From NCBI GenBank assembly GCA_039970455.1, contig JBDVLX010000174.1, positions 7,626-71,625 of the forward strand: a DNA stretch of 64,000 bases, given 5' to 3'. A model generated the notes under the pieces. The model had not been told where the DNA came from, did no database searches, and was given only the letters and a program-made list of their open reading frames with translations. Position numbers and translations under genes: made by a program. Positions 9,842 through 19,555 of this stretch are shown here, piece by piece. The stretch's first letter is position 1. Every line of letters begins with the position of its first letter. This DNA is from Marinomonas sp. (GTDB lineage Bacteria; Pseudomonadota; Gammaproteobacteria; Pseudomonadales; Marinomonadaceae).

Positions 9842-10719
9842 TCCAGCTGATTCAACAAACTCTGCCGTGCGTGAGCGACTCGCGCTTGGCGCAGAGCACT
9901 AGGCAACCAAAGCAAGTAATATTGAATCTCTCGCGTGCCAATAGGCGAAGGTAATTCAACTAACTCGCCTTTGGCGATCTGCTCTCGACAGAGAAATTCT
10001 GGCATCACAGACCAACCAAAACCTTTTACTAATAACTTCCGTTGAGAGCGTAGATCTTGACTTACCATGGCAGGCACAAGCCCTTCGACACTGATGCGGT
10101 TTTTCACCAGCCAATGGTCTATCAAAGACAACTCTAAGTTGTAAGCCAACAAAGGTTCCGAGCGAATCGCCTCACCATACTTTTCAGCAGCAAGTAACCT
10201 TTCTACCACACTTGGAGAAGCAACTGGCAACACTTTGTTGGTAAAAATGGCTTCACTTTTCAAACGCGTATCAAATGCAGGCTGAGCTGACACGCCTAAA
10301 TCGCAATGGCCCTCTAGAAGCAAACTGGTAATCAAATCGTTATTGCCTGTATGCAAACGCACTTTTATTCCAGATTCCAGCAAGGGCAAAAGTTGCTCGC
10401 TCAGGATTTCCTCTAGAAATCCGCCATATCCAACAATTTGCAGCACACCTTCAATGTCCATTGAACGCGCTCTGGCTGACGATAACGCCGCCTCGGCGAC
10501 GTCCAGTTTGTCACCTATGTCTGCCGCCAATTCATCTGCAGCGGAAGTTGGCTTCACGCCACTTGGGGAACGTTCAAAAAGCGGACGACCGATAACGACT
10601 TCAAGCCCAGATATATGCTGGGATACAGCCGGTTGAGTTAGGTTCAAAGAGCGCGCTGCACTGCTAATGGAACGCTGGCGATACACCTCGATAAAAGTGC
10701 GCATTCTGGATAAAGACAT
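9823..10719 (-). CDS. LysR family transcriptional regulator
   Basis: HTH RSISSAARSLNLTQPAVSQHISGLE; 298 aa; divergent from the HlyD gene. Confidence 0.95.
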   Translation of the reverse strand: MSLSRMRTFIEVYRQRSISSAARSLNLTQPAVSQHISGLEVVIGRPLFERSPSGVKPTSAADELAADIGDKLDVAEAALSSARARSMDIEGVLQIVGYGGFLEEILSEQLLPLLESGIKVRLHTGNNDLITSLLLEGHCDLGVSAQPAFDTRLKSEAIFTNKVLPVASPSVVERLLAAEKYGEAIRSEPLLAYNLELSLIDHWLVKNRISVEGLVPAMVSQDLRSQRKLLVKGFGWSVMPEFLCREQIAKGELVELPSPIGTREIQYYLLWLPSALRQARVAHARQSLLNQLDYDVGS

Positions 10720-10862
10720 AAAAGACCATAAATTTATTTATACCCTATAGAAAATACCATTGTTACCTATTGATGGCCAACCTCCCTTAAGATCCTTTCT
10801 CCATACTCGCACAACGATTTTGCCCGCGAGCCAACGAACACAAAGACGTTAAACAAGAGATT

Positions 10863-11768
10863 ATGAAACGAGATATTTACGCCCTCTTCACGACCATAGT
10901 TCTAATTCTTGCTATCGCATTCAGTGCTTTTTTAATCATTAGTGACAACGCCATTCCCTTCACGACTCAGGCGACGGTGAAAACCTCTGCGATTGAAGTG
11001 GTTCCCGAAGTACAAGGTTACATCAGTGACATCATGGTGGCAGAAGGCCAAACCGTCACTCTTGGTACGCCTTTATTAAGAATCGATCCGACCGACTACA
11101 AGATTGCCCAGAAGAAAGCGCAAGCCAGTGTGATGCAAGCTGAAAGCCAGTGGCAGCAAACACAAAGTCACCTCAGTCGCGTAAAGTCTTTGTATCAATC
11201 AAAATCCGTTAGCAAAGAGTCTTTAGACGAAGCCGAAGCGGCAGATCAAAGCGCGAAAGCTGCTTTACTATCCGCTCAATCCGACGCCGAAACGGCGCAA
11301 CGAAACTTAGATCACACTTTAGTTGTCGCCAAACAGTCCGGTGTGGTGACAAACCTAGCTTATCGAGTGGGCATGCGCATCAGCACAACCTCTCCTGTTT
11401 TGCATCTTATCGATGAAGACAATCTATGGCTTGATGCCGACTTCACAGAAAAAGGTTTGCCTGCGTTAAGAGAGAATAAAGCCGTAAACGTGGTGTTTGA
11501 TGCACAACCCAATGAAGTGTATTCCGGCCATATTTTTGCCATCGACTCCGCAATCTTGTCTGGCGTTGCAGATTCAAGTCAACTTGCACAAGTCACAGAT
11601 GAAAGCCGCTGGATTCGTGCTCAGCAAAAAGCCCGTGTGCGCATTCAACTTGATGAAGCTCCTGAACACATCATCGCAGGCAGCCGAGCCAGTGTCATGA
11701 TGGATGACGAAGGTCATGTCTCTGACATTTGGATGACGATATTGAGCTGGATGAGATACCTTTACTAA
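10863..11768 (+). CDS. HlyD family membrane fusion/secretion protein
   Basis: N-terminal TM, VVPEVQGYISDIMVAEGQTV lipoyl-like motif, coiled-coil hairpin, ADFTEK. Confidence 0.92.
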   Translation: MKRDIYALFTTIVLILAIAFSAFLIISDNAIPFTTQATVKTSAIEVVPEVQGYISDIMVAEGQTVTLGTPLLRIDPTDYKIAQKKAQASVMQAESQWQQTQSHLSRVKSLYQSKSVSKESLDEAEAADQSAKAALLSAQSDAETAQRNLDHTLVVAKQSGVVTNLAYRVGMRISTTSPVLHLIDEDNLWLDADFTEKGLPALRENKAVNVVFDAQPNEVYSGHIFAIDSAILSGVADSSQLAQVTDESRWIRAQQKARVRIQLDEAPEHIIAGSRASVMMDDEGHVSDIWMTILSWMRYLY

Positions 11769-12772
11769 TGTACGAAATCATACGCAAAACCTTAATTATT
11801 GTGATTTGCCTGATGCTCAGTAAGGTACTTCACATGACGGTCAGTGTGTATATGGTGCTGTTTGCCATCGTGCTGGCAAACTTCAGCTTCTCAAAGCACA
11901 TAGTAGATTTGCTCAAACCTTTGCTGCCGTCATTATTTATTACTTTTGTCGCCGTCATTGTGAATCAGCTGTTTGCAGGCCACCCTTTTATTATTTGGAC
12001 CTGCTGCATCGTGTTTTTCGATTCTGTACGTCGTCGAGCAAACAATAATATTCGTATCACAATGGCGACTCTGCCTTTGTTTATGATTATCTTCATCACC
12101 ACATACCAAAACAGCACAACATACAATTCCGCTATTGTTGGCTTTTTCTGGGACATGATGATCAGTGCTGGCGTGGCGGTTTTGGTGACCAGTTTTATAA
12201 ACCATGTCATGCCAGTCAAAGCAAAACCTGTCATGCCAACGGTGGTATTCCAAGAAGTCACTGGCACAGATAGATTGAAGCTGCTGATCTTGGTCGGTGG
12301 TGGGTTGGCCTTCATCATGATCAACGAAGTCACCAGCGCGGTGTTTTGTCTCGTGCCATTGGTGACCTCTGCGATGCAGCCTTCTCACGACCAAATGAAG
12401 AGCCATTCTAGAGAAAAAATGCTGACGCAAATCGGTGGCTGTAGCTTAGCTGTCTTGATGTCTTTGTTTTACTCTGGAACAGAGGTAAATATCTTCTCTT
12501 ATTTCATCATCTCTTCATTGCTGATTTTTCTGATGATCTTTTGGACGCATCATTCAGCCGTCGAAGACAGAGCCATTCACGCCGATGCATTAATGGGCTT
12601 TTTAATTCCATATCAGCTCTATATTGCGCAATATGGCAACAACTTCGGCCTAAACTCCATCTCATTACGCGCTATTGAACTCTTCATTGCCCTCGCCGTC
12701 ATTTACATGGCAGGCCATTGGCTGGATAAATTATCACAGCCAAAACAAGACGATAAACAGCTAAACCACTAG
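11768..12772 (+). CDS. DUF2955/FUSC-like inner membrane protein
   Basis: ~10 hydrophobic segments in two repeats; TAATG coupling to the HlyD gene at 11766-11770. Confidence 0.75.
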   Translation: MYEIIRKTLIIVICLMLSKVLHMTVSVYMVLFAIVLANFSFSKHIVDLLKPLLPSLFITFVAVIVNQLFAGHPFIIWTCCIVFFDSVRRRANNNIRITMATLPLFMIIFITTYQNSTTYNSAIVGFFWDMMISAGVAVLVTSFINHVMPVKAKPVMPTVVFQEVTGTDRLKLLILVGGGLAFIMINEVTSAVFCLVPLVTSAMQPSHDQMKSHSREKMLTQIGGCSLAVLMSLFYSGTEVNIFSYFIISSLLIFLMIFWTHHSAVEDRAIHADALMGFLIPYQLYIAQYGNNFGLNSISLRAIELFIALAVIYMAGHWLDKLSQPKQDDKQLNH

Positions 12773-12946
12773 CGCTTCCCCTTTCTTTAGTGGGACACTG
12801 ATTACATTAAATCTACTGTTTCATTTTCTACTGAGTCATTATGCTTGCTTTCACTTTACTCGCAAAATTAGATCACTCATTTATATTCATTAATAGTTAA
12901 TGAATATGTAGTAAGGTAAGCATTATAAATATTTATTGAGACTTCT

Positions 12947-13654
12947 ATGACAGAAAGGCATTACCGTTATTTACAACAGTACTTCCATGATTTAATTTCC
13001 CAAAAAAAGTTACCTTATGGAACAAAGCTACCTTCGGAAAGAGAGCTTGGAGAGCAATTCAAAGTTTCTCGTGTAACAGTTCGCCAAGCCTTGCAGCATC
13101 TTGAAGCAGAGGGCGTAATTTATCGACAAAATCGCCGAGGCTGGTTTGTCACACCTCCTGCTGTAATTTATGATCCAGCTAAGCATTTAAGCTTCAATTT
13201 ATACGTTTCTAAGCAAGGCTATACACCACATACCGATAAGCTTATGCAACAAGTTGAACCGGCAAATAAAGAAATTGCTCAATTAATGAGCATAGAGAAA
13301 GGGGCACCAATACTGTTTCTACACCGCCGTCGTTACATTGATCGTAGACCTGTTTTAATTGAAAAAATGTATATCAACATTGACCTCTTACCGGGAATTG
13401 AAAACGAAGATCTAACTCAATCTTTAAGTCAATTATTGCTAAATAAATATCAGCATCAATATCGTGATATGGACCTCTCATTCACAGCAACAGCCTTACC
13501 TGAGCATGTTGCGAAAGATCTTGCTACATCTACCGGTCAAGCGGGTTTGCATGTAAAACGCATCAATTTTACTGACGATAAAAAAGTGTTAGAAATTGAT
13601 TATGAATTTTGGCGCCATGATGCTGTAAAAATTGAAATTTCCATTCGTGATTAA
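12947..13654 (+). CDS. phnR: GntR/HutC family phosphonate utilisation regulator PhnR
   Basis: KLPSERELGEQFKVSRVTVRQAL wHTH, YRQNRRGWFV, C-terminal EFWRHDA UTRA motif; precedes the phnS-type gene. Confidence 0.88.
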   Translation: MTERHYRYLQQYFHDLISQKKLPYGTKLPSERELGEQFKVSRVTVRQALQHLEAEGVIYRQNRRGWFVTPPAVIYDPAKHLSFNLYVSKQGYTPHTDKLMQQVEPANKEIAQLMSIEKGAPILFLHRRRYIDRRPVLIEKMYINIDLLPGIENEDLTQSLSQLLLNKYQHQYRDMDLSFTATALPEHVAKDLATSTGQAGLHVKRINFTDDKKVLEIDYEFWRHDAVKIEISIRD

Positions 13655-13783
13655 TGGTTTCAATCCCTAAATTAAAGACGATATGTCTTCTTTTTTATCG
13701 CTCCTTTTTTTTCAAATATCACCCATAAATTTTCTTGATCATCACATGAATGAAATATTTGGCATTCATTTTGCCTCTGTTAA

Positions 13784-13799
13784 TCTGGTATATACCAGA
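13784..13799. promoter_or_regulatory. Perfect 16-bp palindrome TCTGGTATATACCAGA, likely PhnR operator
   Basis: Seen directly 27 nt before the phnS ATG; fits the TGGT-N4-ACCA type of site used by HutC-subfamily GntR regulators. Confidence 0.8.
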
Positions 13800-13826
13800 A
13801 AACTTTTTGATGCATGGAGAAAGAAA

Positions 13827-14855
13827 ATGATACAGAAGACCCTCATGAAACGTCTGGCTGTTTTAGCAGGCATCACTAGCATATCCATTGCTGCACACGC
13901 AGCTAAAACAGAATTAACTGTCTATACAGCAGTAGAAGCTGAAGACCTGAAAAAGTACGCAGCACGTTTTAATGCAGAATACCCTGATATTAAAATCAAC
14001 TGGGTTCGTGACTCTACAGGAGTTGTTACAGCAAAGTTACTCGCTGAAAAAAACAACCCTCAAGCGGATGTTGTTTGGGGTCTTGCGGCAACCAGTTTAA
14101 TGCTGTTGAAAAACGAAGGCGTATTACAATCTTACAAACCTGTTGGCTATGATCAGCTTTCACCAAAATTTAAAGATACAAGTAATGAACCAGTTTGGAC
14201 TGGTATGGACGCTTGGATTGCTGCAGTTTGTTACAACACCGTAGAAGCCGGTAAGTTAGGGTTACCAAAACCCACATCATGGGCAGATCTGACGAACCCT
14301 GTTTATAAAGATCACATTATCATGCCTAATCCGAATTCTTCTGGTACAGGCTTTTTGGATGTAAGTAGCTGGTTGCAAATCTTCGGTGAAAAAGAGGGTT
14401 GGCAGTTTATGGACGGTTTGCATAAAAACATCAACCGCTATACACATTCAGGCTCAAAACCTTGCAAATTGGCAGCTTCAGGAGAAATTCCGATAGGAAT
14501 TTCATTTGCCTTTCGTGCCGCGAAATCTAAGAAACAAGGCGCACCATTGGACATCGTTTTCCCAACAGAAGGTTTAGGTTGGGATATGGAAGCAACAGCG
14601 ATAGTTAAAGGCACTGATAACTTAAAAGCTGCACAAACTTTAGCCAATTGGTCTGTTTCTCGAAAAGCGAACGAGATGTATAACGAAGGCTATGCTGTTG
14701 TCGCTATGCCAGGAGTAGCGAAATCGATTGAATTCTTCCCAGACAACGCTGAATCGTTAATGATCGATAATGATTTTGAATGGTCTGCACAGAACCGTTC
14801 AGAGATCTTAGCTGAGTGGCAAAAGCGCTACGACGGTAAGAGTGAAGCAAAATAA
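13827..14855 (+). CDS. phnS: Putative 2-aminoethylphosphonate ABC transporter substrate-binding protein (PhnS2/AepS type)
   Basis: Signal peptide, LTVYTAVEAE, WVRDSTGVVTAKLLAEK, MPNPNSSGTG, YTHSGSKPC; GGAG RBS before ATG 13827. Confidence 0.88.
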   Translation: MIQKTLMKRLAVLAGITSISIAAHAAKTELTVYTAVEAEDLKKYAARFNAEYPDIKINWVRDSTGVVTAKLLAEKNNPQADVVWGLAATSLMLLKNEGVLQSYKPVGYDQLSPKFKDTSNEPVWTGMDAWIAAVCYNTVEAGKLGLPKPTSWADLTNPVYKDHIIMPNPNSSGTGFLDVSSWLQIFGEKEGWQFMDGLHKNINRYTHSGSKPCKLAASGEIPIGISFAFRAAKSKKQGAPLDIVFPTEGLGWDMEATAIVKGTDNLKAAQTLANWSVSRKANEMYNEGYAVVAMPGVAKSIEFFPDNAESLMIDNDFEWSAQNRSEILAEWQKRYDGKSEAK

Positions 14856-14866
14856 GATAAGTTAAC

Positions 14867-14899
14867 AAATGGGAATAAAGTGCCGCTTTATTCCCATTT
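14867..14899 (+). terminator. 14-bp perfect stem-loop after the binding-protein gene
   Basis: AAATGGGAATAAAG-TGCCG-CTTTATTCCCATTT followed by T-rich sequence. Confidence 0.75.
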
Positions 14900-14918
14900 T
14901 TATTGGAAATCTATGATT

Positions 14919-14981
14919 GCGTTTTTTGTAATAAATACACAATAACGTCGACTATTTCTTTGTATTTATTACAAAAAACGC
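14919..14981. repeat. 21-bp perfect inverted repeat with 21-nt spacer
   Basis: GCGTTTTTTGTAATAAATACA (14919-14939) and TGTATTTATTACAAAAAACGC (14961-14981). Confidence 0.9.
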
Positions 14982-15003
14982 CTTAATTCGAGGAGTGCAT
15001 GCC

Positions 15004-16092
15004 GTGTCCAGTCCAACCTATTTAGAAATGAATAACATCGACCAAATGTTTGGCTCATACCAAGCCCTTAATAATGTGTCTCTTAACATCACAGAAGGTG
15101 AATTTGTGTGTTTTTTGGGGCCATCTGGGTGTGGTAAAACCAGCTTATTACGCATTATTGCTGGATTAGATATGCCAACAAGCGGCTCTATTTTACAAGT
15201 TGGCAAAGACATTACATACGCTCCGATCAAACAGCGGGATTTTGGTATTGTGTTTCAATCTTATGCACTGTTTCCGAATTTAACCGTCAGTGACAATATT
15301 GCTTATGGTTTATCGGCAAAGCATGCTACTGAACGAATGACCGCGAATGATCGACGAGCTCGCGTGACAGAATTATTAGTCACCGTTGGCTTGTCTGGTA
15401 GCGAAGAAAAGTACCCAGCGCAACTTTCAGGAGGGCAGCAACAGCGTGTCGCTCTCGCGCGTGCGTTAGCCACATCGCCCGGTTTATTGTTATTGGATGA
15501 GCCTTTATCGGCATTAGATGCACGTGTGCGTGCGCACTTACGCCAAGAGATAAAGCAACTACAAGAGAAGCTAGGCGTGACCACAATAATGGTAACGCAC
15601 GATCAAGAAGAAGCCTTAACAATGGCCGATAAGATCGTTGTTATGAACCAAGGTGTGATTGAGCAAATCGGTTCACCTCAAGAAGTGTATACGAAGCCAA
15701 ATACGCCTTTTGTCGCCGACTTTGTCGGTGAAATGAATTTCCTCAGCGCTAAGGTGAGTGGCGCGGGCGAGATGGCATCTGGTGGTTTGACATTAAATTA
15801 TAGTCAAGCATCTGATTTGGTTATTGGTGACAGTGCTCAATTGGCGATTCGCCCAGAAGATGTGCGCTTTCATACGGAAAACACGCAAGACAACATACTC
15901 AATGCAACGGTACTGCATTTGGAGTTTCTTGGGTCACGCATGCGCTCATTATTGCAGCTTGAGAATCACGAACGTCCTATTTTGGCGGACATTTCGATGA
16001 ATGAAATGTCACGCTTGAACTTCACCCAAGGTCAAAAAATCACATGTCAGCTACCGGCGGATCGTTTGCATGTCTTTGGAGGTTCTGTATGA
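15004..16092 (+). CDS. phnT: 2-aminoethylphosphonate-type ABC transporter ATP-binding protein (PhnT2 type)
   Basis: [24 protein letters not shown]-terminal TOBE-like region; GTG 15004 lies 8 nt after GAGGAG. Confidence 0.9.
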   Translation: MSSPTYLEMNNIDQMFGSYQALNNVSLNITEGEFVCFLGPSGCGKTSLLRIIAGLDMPTSGSILQVGKDITYAPIKQRDFGIVFQSYALFPNLTVSDNIAYGLSAKHATERMTANDRRARVTELLVTVGLSGSEEKYPAQLSGGQQQRVALARALATSPGLLLLDEPLSALDARVRAHLRQEIKQLQEKLGVTTIMVTHDQEEALTMADKIVVMNQGVIEQIGSPQEVYTKPNTPFVADFVGEMNFLSAKVSGAGEMASGGLTLNYSQASDLVIGDSAQLAIRPEDVRFHTENTQDNILNATVLHLEFLGSRMRSLLQLENHERPILADISMNEMSRLNFTQGQKITCQLPADRLHVFGGSV

Positions 16093-17819
16093 GCGACTCA
16101 TCGTTGACGCCAGCGGTGTCGATTGGATCAAAAAAAGCATCTAAAAACCCTTGGTATGGTCGTCGCAGTGCTGATGAATGGTCTCTTGGTGGAATCCTAA
16201 TCATTGGTGTGCTTGGTTTGCTCATTTGCGTTGTGATGCCAATTTACACCTTATTATCAAAGAGTGTAGAGGACAAAGACGGCCACTTTATTGGGTTGGC
16301 TAACTTTGCCAAATTTATTGAAACCCCAAGTTTATTCAGTTCGATTAGTAACTCTCTCTTCATCGCTTTGGTCTCGACATTGATCGTGACCAGTCTGTCT
16401 TTTTTGACGGCCTATGCCATTTGCCGAACAAGAATCCCATTAAAGGGGTTATTTCGTATGGTTTTGGTGCTGCCTATTTTAGCGCCATCTCTGTTGCCAG
16501 CCATCAGCTTGGTTTATCTCTTTGGTAATCAAGGGATTCTAAAAGAGGTATTAATGGGAGAAAGCATTTATGGCCCTATTGGTATTATCATAGGTTCGTG
16601 CTTTTGGACCTTTCCTCACGCTTTGATGATCATGTTAACCGCTCTGGCAAACACAGATGCGCGTTTGTATGAATCTACGGAAGTGCTTGGCGCATCGCCT
16701 ATGCGTACCTTTTTTACGGTGACATTACCGGCGGCTAAGTACGGCATTATCAGTGTTGCCTTCGTTATTTTTACCTTGGTAATCACCGATTTTGGCGTAC
16801 CAAAAGTGATTGGCGGTCAATTCAATGTGTTAGCTACCGACATCTATAAACAAGTAATCGGTCAGCAGAATTTCGAAATGGGAGCCACCGTCAGTGTGAT
16901 TTTGTTATTGCCTGCCATTTTGACTTTTATTACTGACCGTTGGTTACAGCGTCGTCAATCGGCTCTTCTTACTTCGAAAGCCGTGCCTTGGGTTGCGCCT
17001 ATTCGAAAGCGTATTGATAGTGCGTTCTTTGTGTTATTACTTTTGGTTTCCGGTGTTATTTTGGGTGTGATCGCGATGGCGGTTTACGCTTCACTGGTGA
17101 CTTTCTGGCCTTATAATTTGAGCTTATCGCTGAAAAATTACAACTTCGATTTAATGGACGGAGGCGGTTGGGATTCTTATTTTAACTCCATAGAGCTTGC
17201 GCTTTACACGGCAGCGATTGGCACAGGGTTTATTTTCTTCCAGTCTTATTTAGTAGCGAAACTCGCTGGTTTCAAATTGTTGAAATGGTTCTTCCATCTG
17301 TTTGCTATTTTGCCTTTGGCGGTACCAGGATTAGTACTCGGCTTGGCGTATATCTTTTTCTTTAATGCACCGAATAATCCACTTAACGGCATTTATGGCA
17401 CCATGATTATTTTAGTGGTTTGTACTATCAGCCATTTTTATACAGTGTGTCATTTGACGGCAACGACGGCTTTGAAGCAAATCGACTCGGAGTTTGAATC
17501 GGTTTCTGCATCCTTAAAAGTCCCTCAAATAGTGACATTTTGGCGTGTTTCTTTACCTGTATGTATGCCTGCTGTTTTAGACATTGCGAGCTACTTATTT
17601 GTGAATGCGATGACCACTGTGTCTGCTGTGGTGTTTTTGTATTCTTACAACACAAGCTTGGCTTCGGTTGCTGTGTTAAACATGGACGATGCTGGCGATA
17701 TTGCACCCGCCGCCGCCATGGCCGTAATGATTATGTTGACCTGTATGGTGGCGCGATTAGTCCATTGGATATTGGGTAATGTGGTTTTGAAATACACCCA
17801 AGATTGGCGTCAGCGTTAG
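16089..17819 (+). CDS. phnU: 2-aminoethylphosphonate-type ABC transporter fused permease (PhnU2 type)
   Basis: Two permease repeats with EAA-like loops (LYESTEVLGAS; FESVSASLKVP); ATGA overlap with the ATPase gene. Confidence 0.88.
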   Translation: MSDSSLTPAVSIGSKKASKNPWYGRRSADEWSLGGILIIGVLGLLICVVMPIYTLLSKSVEDKDGHFIGLANFAKFIETPSLFSSISNSLFIALVSTLIVTSLSFLTAYAICRTRIPLKGLFRMVLVLPILAPSLLPAISLVYLFGNQGILKEVLMGESIYGPIGIIIGSCFWTFPHALMIMLTALANTDARLYESTEVLGASPMRTFFTVTLPAAKYGIISVAFVIFTLVITDFGVPKVIGGQFNVLATDIYKQVIGQQNFEMGATVSVILLLPAILTFITDRWLQRRQSALLTSKAVPWVAPIRKRIDSAFFVLLLLVSGVILGVIAMAVYASLVTFWPYNLSLSLKNYNFDLMDGGGWDSYFNSIELALYTAAIGTGFIFFQSYLVAKLAGFKLLKWFFHLFAILPLAVPGLVLGLAYIFFFNAPNNPLNGIYGTMIILVVCTISHFYTVCHLTATTALKQIDSEFESVSASLKVPQIVTFWRVSLPVCMPAVLDIASYLFVNAMTTVSAVVFLYSYNTSLASVAVLNMDDAGDIAPAAAMAVMIMLTCMVARLVHWILGNVVLKYTQDWRQR

Positions 17820-17832
17820 GAGCAAATACTCT

Positions 17833-18753
17833 ATGTCATTAACCGCCATAGTACTGATCTTAATATCGACTTTTATGCATGCAGGTTGGAACTTTTTTGG
17901 TAAAAAGAGCAGCCCGACACTGGGCTTTTTCTTTCTTACTATGATTGGCGGCGTGGTTGTTTTTTTACCTCTTCTCGTCCTTTATATTGATCTGATATTT
18001 GCATTAAACCAACAGATATTATGGCTCTTGCTGTGCTCTGGTTTTTTTCAATCGGTTTATCTTTGGGGGCTAGCGGAAGCTTATCGTTCAGGGGATATGT
18101 CAATTGCTTATCCCACTGCCCGCTCTTCACCCTTGATTATTGTGGGTATATCAAGCTTTTTTCTTGGACAACAAGAAACCATTTCCCTACAAGCTGTTAT
18201 CGGTATTGCGATGATTGTGGTTGGGTGCTTGTTCATTCCTTTGCCTAGTTTCAAAGAGTTTAAGCTTAAAAACTATCGCAACCGCACAACGGCGTTTGCC
18301 ATTGTGGCAGCGTTCGCCACCGCTGGATATTCCCTAGTGGATAATCAGGCAACGGCATTGATGCGCGGCTTGATGGATGCAGACGGATTACCTATTGCCA
18401 GTGCAGGCGAAGTGGCCTTGGTGTATGTCTCCTTACAAAGCGCCTTTGCCGTGATTTGGATGGTTTGGTTTGTACTTCGAACAGCTAAGCAACGCAAAGA
18501 CTTTGTGTTACTCACAAAATCTCAATGGAGAGTTGGTTTGCTAACCGCCGCGTTGATGTTGGGAACTTACTCCTTAGTGATTCTGAGCATGGCGTTTGTT
18601 GATAATGTGAGTTATGTCGTCGCATTACGTCAGTTTAGTATTCCTTTAGGCGTTTTATTTGCCGTCATTGGCTTTGGGGAAAGTCTTAAACTACCCAAAA
18701 TCATGGGTGTGATGATTACTTTTATAGGCTTGATTGCCGTAGCGCTTGGGTAG
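17833..18753 (+). CDS. EamA/DMT family transporter
   Basis: ~10 TM; AYRSGDMSIAYPTARSSP and VSYVVALRQFSI motifs. Confidence 0.9.
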   Translation: MSLTAIVLILISTFMHAGWNFFGKKSSPTLGFFFLTMIGGVVVFLPLLVLYIDLIFALNQQILWLLLCSGFFQSVYLWGLAEAYRSGDMSIAYPTARSSPLIIVGISSFFLGQQETISLQAVIGIAMIVVGCLFIPLPSFKEFKLKNYRNRTTAFAIVAAFATAGYSLVDNQATALMRGLMDADGLPIASAGEVALVYVSLQSAFAVIWMVWFVLRTAKQRKDFVLLTKSQWRVGLLTAALMLGTYSLVILSMAFVDNVSYVVALRQFSIPLGVLFAVIGFGESLKLPKIMGVMITFIGLIAVALG

Positions 18754-18807
18754 ATAAGATATTTTACCTTTATATTTTTACATTGGATAAACAGTTAAGG
18801 AGCCGTC

Positions 18808-19461
18808 ATGGCATTGGCATTTTTTGATCTGGATAACACGTTAGTGAAAGGCGACACCGCACAGGCTTTTTCTGAATATTTAGCGGCAAGCGCCTTGCCA
18901 ACAGCGGATGACTTTTTAGCGGTTAATGATAAGTACATGGAAGAATACGATGATGGCACACTCAATTTAGATGAGTATATGCACTATACGTTAGCGCCAT
19001 TGTTTACTTTAGACAGTGCCAAAGTAGACACTCTTATTCGTGATTTTATAGACACTGTCGTTAGCACAATGATTCCTAAGAGTACTCATACACTACTGTC
19101 CAAGCATAAAGACGCTGGCGATGAGATTGTCATTATTTCGGCTACTGGCATTCATTTAGTTGAGCCGATTGCCAAATATCTGGGCGTAGAAAATGCACTT
19201 GGTGTCAATATCGAGCTTATTGATGGTTACATTACAGGTAAGTTGGTTGGCGTGCCTACCTTCCGTGAAGGCAAGGTCATACATGCCGAACAGTGGGCCA
19301 AAGATCATGGTTATACATTAGATGAAACCTACTTTTACAGCGATTCCCATAATGATTTACCCTTATTGGAAAAAGTACGTTATCCGATAGCTGTTAATCC
19401 GGATTCTGTTCTAGAGAAAATAGCCAAAGATCGAAATTGGCTGATTGTTGAGATGTGTTGA
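18808..19461 (+). CDS. HAD-IB (SerB-like) phosphatase
   Basis: Motif I FFDLDNTL, motif II IISAT, motif III GKV, motif IV YSDSHNDLPLL. Confidence 0.93.
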   Translation: MALAFFDLDNTLVKGDTAQAFSEYLAASALPTADDFLAVNDKYMEEYDDGTLNLDEYMHYTLAPLFTLDSAKVDTLIRDFIDTVVSTMIPKSTHTLLSKHKDAGDEIVIISATGIHLVEPIAKYLGVENALGVNIELIDGYITGKLVGVPTFREGKVIHAEQWAKDHGYTLDETYFYSDSHNDLPLLEKVRYPIAVNPDSVLEKIAKDRNWLIVEMC

Positions 19462-19555
19462 TTTAAATTTCCCAATTACTCTATATAAAACCAATACAGA
19501 TATCACCTTAACATGACATTGGTATGAAATAGCCTTACTAGGAGTAAATAACAGC

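Noticed and set aside
11933-12430. 165-aa and 122-aa minus-strand ORFs
   Set aside because: They are antisense to the DUF2955 gene, and their composition mirrors the sense-strand codons.
13683-13826. Longer N-terminal extensions in the ORF track (phnS; likewise gmk 23382, sdaA 1897, HhH 31073, phnT 14995)
   Set aside because: Better RBS-linked starts lie downstream, and the extensions run through promoter or operator DNA.
18808-19461. HAD gene as a phosphonatase PhnX
   Set aside because: Motif I is DLDNT (DxD phosphatase type), not the DWAGT motif of phosphonatases.
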